Source: Nannocystis radixulma
Lineage (GTDB): Bacteria; Myxococcota_A; Polyangia; Nannocystales; Nannocystaceae
Direction: 5' to 3'
Assembly (NCBI RefSeq): GCF_028369095.1
Contig: NZ_JAQNDN010000024.1
Span: forward strand, 25,350 to 89,349
DNA length: 64,000 nucleotides
Shown here: positions 55,606 through 64,000 of the stretch, one piece after another
How positions within the stretch are numbered: the first letter of the stretch is position 1
Layout of the letters: every line of letters begins with the position of its first letter
Made by a program: the position numbers and the translations under genes
Notes under the pieces: model-generated
Seen by the model: the letters and a program-made list of their open reading frames with translations, nothing else
The model's database searches: none
Told to the model about the DNA's origin: nothing

Positions 55606-55851
55606 GTGCGGGTGCTGCTGTGCCAGTGCAACACGGTCTTCGAGCACGAGGTGGTCGCCTGCGTGCGCCGAGGTGCCCGCAGCGTCGAGGAGGTCGGCGA
55701 CGCTTGCGAGGCGGGCACCGGGTGCGGCAGCTGTCGCGGGGCGATCAAGACGATCCTCGAGGAAGAGGCGCAGCGCCGCCGCAGCGGTCGTGACGGCGGG
55801 GCGCCCGAGGCGCTGTTTCAGTTGCCGCTGTTCAAGACGCGAAAAGAGTAG
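55606..55851 (+). CDS. bfd: Bacterioferritin-associated ferredoxin-like (BFD [2Fe-2S]-binding domain) protein
   Basis: CQC…C…CGSC cysteine pattern. The GTG start is uncertain (55606 or 55612). Confidence 0.55.
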   Translation: MRVLLCQCNTVFEHEVVACVRRGARSVEEVGDACEAGTGCGSCRGAIKTILEEEAQRRRSGRDGGAPEALFQLPLFKTRKE

Positions 55852-55913
55852 TGCCCTTGCACCGCAATTGAGGTACAGCATGCGCACGGGACTGCGCGTC
55901 CCGATCGAAAGCC

Positions 55914-57209
55914 ATGCTCATCGTGCAGAAATTCGGCGGCTCGTCGGTCGCCACTCTCGAGCGGATCCGCAACGTCGCGCAGCGGGTCCTCGCGACCCAG
56001 CGCACGGGTCAAGACGTGGTGGTGGTCGTCTCGGCGATGGCGGGCGAGACCAACCGCCTGATCGGCCTGTCCAACCAGCTCGCCAGCGAGGGCGACGCCC
56101 AGCTGACCAGCAAGGGGCCGTACGTGGCGAGCGAGCGGGCCGGCGACCGGGCCCACGAGCGCGAGCTCGACCAGCTGGTCAGCACCGGCGAGAACGTCAG
56201 CGCCGCGCTGCTGGCGATGGCGATCCAGAACGCGGGTGGTCGGGCCATCTCGCTGGTCGGTCACCAGATCGGCCTGCAGACCGACGGCACCTACACCAAC
56301 GCGCGGATCCTCGGGTTTTCCCACGGGCGCATCCGCCAGGAGCTGAGCGCCGGCAACGTGGTGGTGTGCGCCGGCTTTCAGGGGTTGAACGCAGCCGGCA
56401 ACATCACCACGCTCGGCCGCGGCGGCTCCGACACCTCGGCGGTCGCGCTCGCGGCGGCGCTGAAAGCCGATGCCTGCGAGATCTTGACCGACGTCGACGG
56501 GGTCTACACCACCGACCCGCGCATCGAGCCGCGCGCGCGCAAGATCCACCGCATCACGTACGAGGAGATGCTCGAGCTGGCGAGCCTCGGCGCCAAGGTG
56601 CTGCAGATCCGCAGCGTCGAGTTCGCCATGAAGTTCGGCGTGCCGGTGCACGTGCGATCGAGCCTGAACGAGAGCGAAGGGACGTGGATCGTGTCTGAGC
56701 AGAAGAGTCTGGAGTCCGCGGTCGTGACCGGTGTCGCCCTCGACCGCAACGAGGCCAAGGTCACCCTCACCAACGTCCCGGACGTCCCGGGCACGATCGC
56801 GTCGATCTTCGGCGTGCTCGCCGGGGCCGACATCATCGTCGACATGATCATCCAGAACGCGAGCCGCGGCGGGTCGACCGACGTCACCTTCACGGTGCCG
56901 GAGAACGACCTCAAGAAGGCGGTCGCCGGGCTGCGCAGCCTCGACCTTCCGGGCGCCGGGCCGATGGATATCCTCAGCGACCCCGACATCTGCAAGATCT
57001 CGATCGTCGGCGTCGGCATGCGCACCCACGCAGGCGTGGCGGCCAAGGCGTTCGAGATCCTCGGGCGGGAGAACATCAACATCCAGATGGTCTCCACCTC
57101 GGAGATCAAGGTCTCGGTGATCGTGCACGAGCGCTACGGCGAGCTGGCCCTGCGGGCGCTGCACGCCGGGTTCGGGCTGCACGAGGGGCCGGCGAGCAGC
57201 GCCGCCTGA
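55914..57209 (+). CDS. lysC: Aspartate kinase
   Basis: QKFGGSSV N-terminus and two C-terminal ACT domains. Confidence 0.9.
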   Translation: MLIVQKFGGSSVATLERIRNVAQRVLATQRTGQDVVVVVSAMAGETNRLIGLSNQLASEGDAQLTSKGPYVASERAGDRAHERELDQLVSTGENVSAALLAMAIQNAGGRAISLVGHQIGLQTDGTYTNARILGFSHGRIRQELSAGNVVVCAGFQGLNAAGNITTLGRGGSDTSAVALAAALKADACEILTDVDGVYTTDPRIEPRARKIHRITYEEMLELASLGAKVLQIRSVEFAMKFGVPVHVRSSLNESEGTWIVSEQKSLESAVVTGVALDRNEAKVTLTNVPDVPGTIASIFGVLAGADIIVDMIIQNASRGGSTDVTFTVPENDLKKAVAGLRSLDLPGAGPMDILSDPDICKISIVGVGMRTHAGVAAKAFEILGRENINIQMVSTSEIKVSVIVHERYGELALRALHAGFGLHEGPASSAA

Positions 57210-57220
57210 GGCCGGTCGCG

Positions 57221-57745
57221 GTGGTGCGCGTCGGGGCAGGGCTCGCGCTGATCGCCGCGCTCGCGGTGGCGCTGGCGGCGTGGCTGAGGCCGGCGGCGCC
57301 GGAGCTGCTGGTGCGAGTCGCTTGCGAATTCGCCGTCGAGGTCGACGGCGTGCTGCGCTGCGACGACGAGGCGCCGCGCGACGTCGCGAGCGTGTGCGGC
57401 GACGGCACGAGCGGAGCGCTCAACCACGGCGATGCCATCGTGCGTGCGTCATTGTGCACAGGTGGATCGCCGCGACCTGGCGGGCTCGGCTGGGGGCGAA
57501 TGCGAGGAGACGATCTCGAGGCGCTCGCGGTGCCCGTCGATCTCAATCGAGCGTCGGCCAGCGAGCTCGAGAGTATGCCCGGGATCGGTCCCGAGCTCGC
57601 GCGGCGAATCATCGAAGGAAGACCATACTCCACGGTCGATGACTTGCAGCGTGTGCGGGGGATCGGTCCGGCGCGGTTGACCGCTGTTCGCCAACGGGGG
57701 CGCGTGACCACAACAAGTGGACAGGGCCCTTCGGACAGGTTCTGA
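57221..57745 (+). CDS. comEA: ComEA-like helix-hairpin-helix DNA-binding competence protein
   Basis: N-terminal TM or signal segment. C-terminal tandem HhH (LNRASASELESMPGIGPELARRII…GIGPARL). Confidence 0.7.
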   Translation: MVRVGAGLALIAALAVALAAWLRPAAPELLVRVACEFAVEVDGVLRCDDEAPRDVASVCGDGTSGALNHGDAIVRASLCTGGSPRPGGLGWGRMRGDDLEALAVPVDLNRASASELESMPGIGPELARRIIEGRPYSTVDDLQRVRGIGPARLTAVRQRGRVTTTSGQGPSDRF

Positions 57746-58063
57746 AGGACAGATGATGAAGTTGATTCATGGCACTCTCCGCAGATGCGGCGGAGTCCGC
57801 GCCTGTGTTGTCCGGATCGTAAAATCTCAGTCGCTGGAGTAGCGAGCGAGCCGCGGGGCGGCGGCAGCGCCTCTGCGGGCGCAGATTTGCCACAATCGTC
57901 GTCCGGCGTGGTTTGAAGGCACCAGGTCGGTAGACGCTTGATCGCGACGGCGAAGTCCGAAATCCCTGCCCGGTTGATTCACATCGTTCCGCGCGCGCGC
58001 CGCTGCGGCACGACATGCCCGTCCTGGAAACGGGCGTCACCACGTTCAGGAATTCCCTTCGCC

Positions 58064-59812
<1,749 letters not shown>

Positions 59813-60181
59813 TCGACGGCTCGAGGTACGAGTGACGGGGCGCGCACGGCGACGTGCGCGCCTCGTCGCGTCTCGAGCGGGCGAAATCGATGATGTGACG
59901 TCGCGTCGAATCGCGCGACTCGAACAAATGTGACGTCTGCCCGAGGTGTATCGAGCGAGCTCGACAGCTTGCGGTGGATCACCTTCGGCATGGACGGCGA
60001 ATCGCGTGCTTCCTGCGCCGGAACGACGGTTCTCGCGCGGCCGAATCCTGCAGATTCACCAATGGGGCCTGCTGACCGCTGTGTGGTGCTCCGGCTTGAT
60101 CACTCATGAGCTATGAGGAATCGTGGCGGGACCACCAGGCATCTGAGGACGGCCCGCATGCTTCGCATACAGGACACGACC

Positions 60182-61921
60182 ATGATGACTCGACCGACTT
60201 TTCGACTCCTTACGGCAGGCTTTCTCGCCTCGGCGCTCGCCGCGTGCGGCGACGACGGCGGCAAACTTACCGCGTCCGGCGGTCAGACGGAGGGGGACAC
60301 CACCTCACAAACCACGGTGGAAGCGACCCCGGGCAGCAACTCGGAGTCCGAGACCTCGCAGCCGACGACGGGTACGCCGACCACGGGCGTGGGCGACAGC
60401 GCCACGCAGGGCACGACGGAGGGGACGACGGCGGCCGATACGGAGGGCGTGACGGAGGCCATCCCGGAGTGCGGGAACGGCATGCAGGAGGGCAGCGAGG
60501 AGTGCGACGACGGCAACGACGTCGCCGGCGACGGCTGCGAGCCGACGTGCACGATCACGGCCGTGTGCGGCAACAACAGCGTCGAGGCCGGCGAGGCGTG
60601 TGACGACGGCAACACCGAGGACGGCGACGAGTGCAGCGCCGACTGCCAGACGGCCACGCCGCTGCAGGACTGCGGCAACGGCACGGTCGAGCGCCCCGAG
60701 CAGTGTGATGACGGCAACATGGCGCCGGACGACGGCTGCGAGCCCGACTGCACGTTCTCGCCGGCCGAGTGCGGCAACGGCATCAAGGAGGCCGGCGAGG
60801 AGTGCGACGACGGCAACCAGGTCGACGGCGGCCCCGGCGACTTCTGCCTCAACAACTGCACCACCTTCTTCCCGGCCAGCTGTCAGGCCCCGGCCAACTA
60901 CGTCGTGTGCGACGACGCGCCCGACGTGATCAGCAACAAGGCCGACAAAAACAACGCGCTCAAGGCGATGGGCATCTGCAACAGCGCCCCGGCCGACTCG
61001 ATCATGACGAGCAACTTCCAGTTCTCGCAGGCGGTCGACAATTCGTGGCAGGTGGCGAAGGGCTTCGGCTCGTACACCTACGACCACGACATGGACGCGA
61101 ATACGCCGCCTCAGCTGGTCTACAGCCCGCGCGAGGGCGCGGCCTTCCTGATGCTGTCGACGGGCACGATCACCCCGCCGAACGGCCAGGGCGTGGTCGT
61201 CGAGCCGGCGAACTCGCAGACGCACGACGACAACGGCAACCCCGACGGCAACGCCCTGCCGGCGCCGTTCAAGAACCAGAACGGCAGCAACAACGGCGTC
61301 GGCGGCACGCCCTTCAAGAACTGCGACAACGGCGTCCCCAACGGCGACCGCGATTGCTCGGACACGCTGCAGGCCCAGTGGGCGATGACCAACGGCAACG
61401 CCAACGACCGCATCTACTTCACGTTCAATACGACGGTGCCGGCGGGCACGTTCGGCTACACCTTCGACTTCGTGTTCTGCTCGGCGGAGTGGCCGACGTG
61501 GGTCGGTTCGTCGTACAATGACCTGCTGATCGCCTACCAGGTCGATCCCACGCCCGACAACCCGAACGCGAACCCGCCGGTCGACCCGTACAGCGGCAAC
61601 GTCACCTTCATCCCCAACCCGAACAATCCGGCGAGCGGCCTGCCGCTGACGATCACGGCGCTCGACCCGTACTACGACGGCCCCGGCTACACCTATGCGG
61701 AGCCGCAGCTGCAGGGCACGGGCTTCGAGCAGCACGCCTGCACCGACTGGTTCACCGCCAAGGGGGGTGTGCAGCCGGGTGCCGAGATCACGATCGGATT
61801 CTTCCTGGCCGACATGTCCGATCAGTACCTGACCACGGTGGCGCTGCTCGACAACTTCCGGTGGGATTGCGAGGGTTGCATTCCGAACGAGGTCGACGAC
61901 TGCGGCATCCAGCCGATGTGA
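60182..61921 (+). CDS. Cys-rich-repeat lipoprotein paralog 2
   Basis: Same architecture as paralog 1 and about 75-80 % identical to it. Confidence 0.7.
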   Translation: MMTRPTFRLLTAGFLASALAACGDDGGKLTASGGQTEGDTTSQTTVEATPGSNSESETSQPTTGTPTTGVGDSATQGTTEGTTAADTEGVTEAIPECGNGMQEGSEECDDGNDVAGDGCEPTCTITAVCGNNSVEAGEACDDGNTEDGDECSADCQTATPLQDCGNGTVERPEQCDDGNMAPDDGCEPDCTFSPAECGNGIKEAGEECDDGNQVDGGPGDFCLNNCTTFFPASCQAPANYVVCDDAPDVISNKADKNNALKAMGICNSAPADSIMTSNFQFSQAVDNSWQVAKGFGSYTYDHDMDANTPPQLVYSPREGAAFLMLSTGTITPPNGQGVVVEPANSQTHDDNGNPDGNALPAPFKNQNGSNNGVGGTPFKNCDNGVPNGDRDCSDTLQAQWAMTNGNANDRIYFTFNTTVPAGTFGYTFDFVFCSAEWPTWVGSSYNDLLIAYQVDPTPDNPNANPPVDPYSGNVTFIPNPNNPASGLPLTITALDPYYDGPGYTYAEPQLQGTGFEQHACTDWFTAKGGVQPGAEITIGFFLADMSDQYLTTVALLDNFRWDCEGCIPNEVDDCGIQPM

Positions 61922-62121
61922 GTCATGTGGCATGAGGCGCGGGTCGCTCCGGCTGGGGCGGCCCGCGTCGGCGTTTTCGCGGGTGAAATTTGTTGGCACG
62001 ACGACGCGCGTCGCGGACTTGCACGCTTGATCGATCGCTCGCGATCCGAAACGCTACGGTCGACTCCGATGGTTCGCGCACGCGTGCGTGGGCGGGCCGC
62101 GATCCTTAGACCCGAGGACCC

Positions 62122-63864
62122 ATGACCATGAAGACTCCCATCGTACGACTGCTCTCCACCGGCCTCTGTGCCACCGCGCTGGTCGCCTGCGGCGACAGCG
62201 TGGACAACGTCACCGGCGTGAACCAGACCGAAGGAGACGCCTCGACGAACATCACCACCAACAACCCGACGCCCGGCAGCAACTCGGACAGCGATACCGC
62301 ACCGACGACGACGACGACGCCGACGACGGGCGTGAGCATGGGCGAGACCCAGGGCACGACCGACGGCACGACGACGACGGCGGCGGACACGGAGGATGAT
62401 ACCGCCGTGACGCCGGAGTGCGGCAACGGCATGCAAGAGGGCAACGAGGAGTGCGACGACGGCAACGACGTGCCCGGCGACGGCTGCGAGCCGACCTGCA
62501 ACGTCACGGCGGTGTGCGGCAACATGAACGTCGAGCAGGGCGAGGCGTGCGACGACGGGAACACCGAGGACGGCGACGAGTGCAGCGCCGACTGCCAGAC
62601 CGCGACGCCGATGCAGGACTGCGGCAACGGCATGACCGAGAACCCCGAGGCGTGCGACGACGGCAACATGGAGCCGAACGACGGTTGCGAGCCCGACTGC
62701 ACGCTCACGCCGGCGATGTGCGGCAACGGCATCAAGGAGCGCGGCGAGGAGTGCGACGACGGCAACCCGGTCGACGGGGGCCCCGGCGACTTCTGCCTCA
62801 ACAACTGCACCACGTTCTTCCCGGCGAACTGCCAGGCCCCGGCCAACTACGTCGTGTGCGACGACGCGCCCGACGTGATCAGCAACAAGGGCGACAAGAA
62901 CAACATGCTCAAGGCGATCGGTATCTGCAACGATACGCTCGCCAACTCGATCGTCACGACCGACTTCCAGCACTCGAACCCGGTCAACGTCAGCTGGCAG
63001 GTGACGAAGGGCTACGGCACCTACACCTACGATCACGACAACGACGCGAACACGCCGCCGCAGCGCCTCTACAGCCCGCGCGAGGGCAGCACGTTCCTGA
63101 TCATCTCGAACGGCGAGATCGCGCCGCCGAACGGCGAGGGCGTCGTCATCGAGGCGCCCAACAACCAGGGCACCACCGACAACGGCAACCCCGACTACAT
63201 GCCGCTGCCCCCGCCGTTCAAGGCCGTCAACGGCAGCAACAACGGCGCCGGCGGCACGCCCTTCAAGAACTGCGACAACGGGGTCGGCGACAACGACTGC
63301 TCCGACACCATCCAGGCGCAGTGGGAGATGACCAACGCCGACGGCAACGACCGCATCTACTTCACGTTCAAGACCGTCGTGCCGGCCGGGACCTACGGCT
63401 ACACCTTCGAGTTCGCGTTCTGCTCGGCCGAGTGGCCGAATTTCGTCGACACCCAGTGGAACGACCTGCTGATCGCCTACCAGGTCGATCCGACGCCCGA
63501 CAACCCGAACGCGAACCCGCCGGTCGACCCGTACAGCGGCAACGTCACCTTCATCCCCGACCCGAACAACCCGGCCAAGGGCCTGCCGATCACCATCACG
63601 GCGCTCGACCCGTACTTCATCCAGCAGGGCTACACCTACAACGAGCCGCAGCTGGCCGGCACGGGCTTCGAGCAGCACGCCTGCTCCGACTGGTTCACCG
63701 CCAAGGGCGGCGTGCAGCCGGGCGCCGAGATCACGGTCGGCTTCTTCCTCGCCGACATGTCCGATCAGTACCTGTCGACGGCGGCGCTGCTCGACAACTT
63801 CCGCTGGGACTGCGAGGGCTGCATCCCCAGCGAGGTCGACGACTGCGGCGTCCAGCCGATGTGA
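62122..63864 (+). CDS. Cys-rich-repeat lipoprotein paralog 3
   Basis: Same architecture (lipobox LVAC) and an identical C-terminal DDCGVQPM. Confidence 0.7.
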   Translation: MTMKTPIVRLLSTGLCATALVACGDSVDNVTGVNQTEGDASTNITTNNPTPGSNSDSDTAPTTTTTPTTGVSMGETQGTTDGTTTTAADTEDDTAVTPECGNGMQEGNEECDDGNDVPGDGCEPTCNVTAVCGNMNVEQGEACDDGNTEDGDECSADCQTATPMQDCGNGMTENPEACDDGNMEPNDGCEPDCTLTPAMCGNGIKERGEECDDGNPVDGGPGDFCLNNCTTFFPANCQAPANYVVCDDAPDVISNKGDKNNMLKAIGICNDTLANSIVTTDFQHSNPVNVSWQVTKGYGTYTYDHDNDANTPPQRLYSPREGSTFLIISNGEIAPPNGEGVVIEAPNNQGTTDNGNPDYMPLPPPFKAVNGSNNGAGGTPFKNCDNGVGDNDCSDTIQAQWEMTNADGNDRIYFTFKTVVPAGTYGYTFEFAFCSAEWPNFVDTQWNDLLIAYQVDPTPDNPNANPPVDPYSGNVTFIPDPNNPAKGLPITITALDPYFIQQGYTYNEPQLAGTGFEQHACSDWFTAKGGVQPGAEITVGFFLADMSDQYLSTAALLDNFRWDCEGCIPSEVDDCGVQPM

Positions 63865-64000
63865 TCACCGCGGCGTGACGCGGGCTCCGGGCACCCCGCC
63901 CGGGGCCTCGTGGCCGCAGGCGAAATGATGCGTGCGCTCGCAGGGCGTGCGAGCTCCCCGGGCGCGCGCGCCGTCTGTGCATTGTCGTCTCCCACGCAAT

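Overview
This is a roughly 70 % GC bacterial chromosomal window. It is most likely Myxococcota, judging from TIGR02232-type Myxococcus cysteine-rich repeats, a DUF1552/DUF1592 gene pair, many FHA/PP2C/σ54-type signalling proteins and extreme off-frame ORF noise. I found no rRNA, tRNA or CRISPR. The core gene order is: a minus-strand block of two secreted repeat-tailed proteins; an FHA–PP2C–deaminase–epimerase operon; an ECF sigma/anti-sigma pair; rimP-nusA-ylxR-infB-rbfA-truB-rpsO-pnp-dut; purC / holin-like / purF; prfB with the programmed +1 frameshift; lolE-lolE-lolD; bamA-skp-skp-fabZ; an FHA-containing σ54-activator-like protein lacking GAFTGA; folP-cdaA-cdaR-glmM; a DUF1592/DUF1552 pair; rarA; pdxJ; bfd; lysC; comEA; and three tandem paralogous Cys-repeat lipoproteins.

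The most unusual signal is at nucleotide level. A palindromic motif TGTCY-N4-RGACA (TGTC-N6-GACA) and its relatives GGACAGG and GGACATG recur far more often than a 70 % GC background predicts. They occur as nested hairpin elements at gene junctions. They also occur as short AT-rich, rare-codon, in-frame segments inside unrelated CDSs (epimerase, ylxR, anti-sigma protein, both lolE paralogs, truB, comEA tail, secreted hydrolase). Identical 14–16-mers are shared between unrelated loci. This looks like either the site family of a dimeric DNA-binding protein or a small palindromic mobile/peptide-inserting element family in the style of RPE, REP or Correia elements. I could not match it to any described system.
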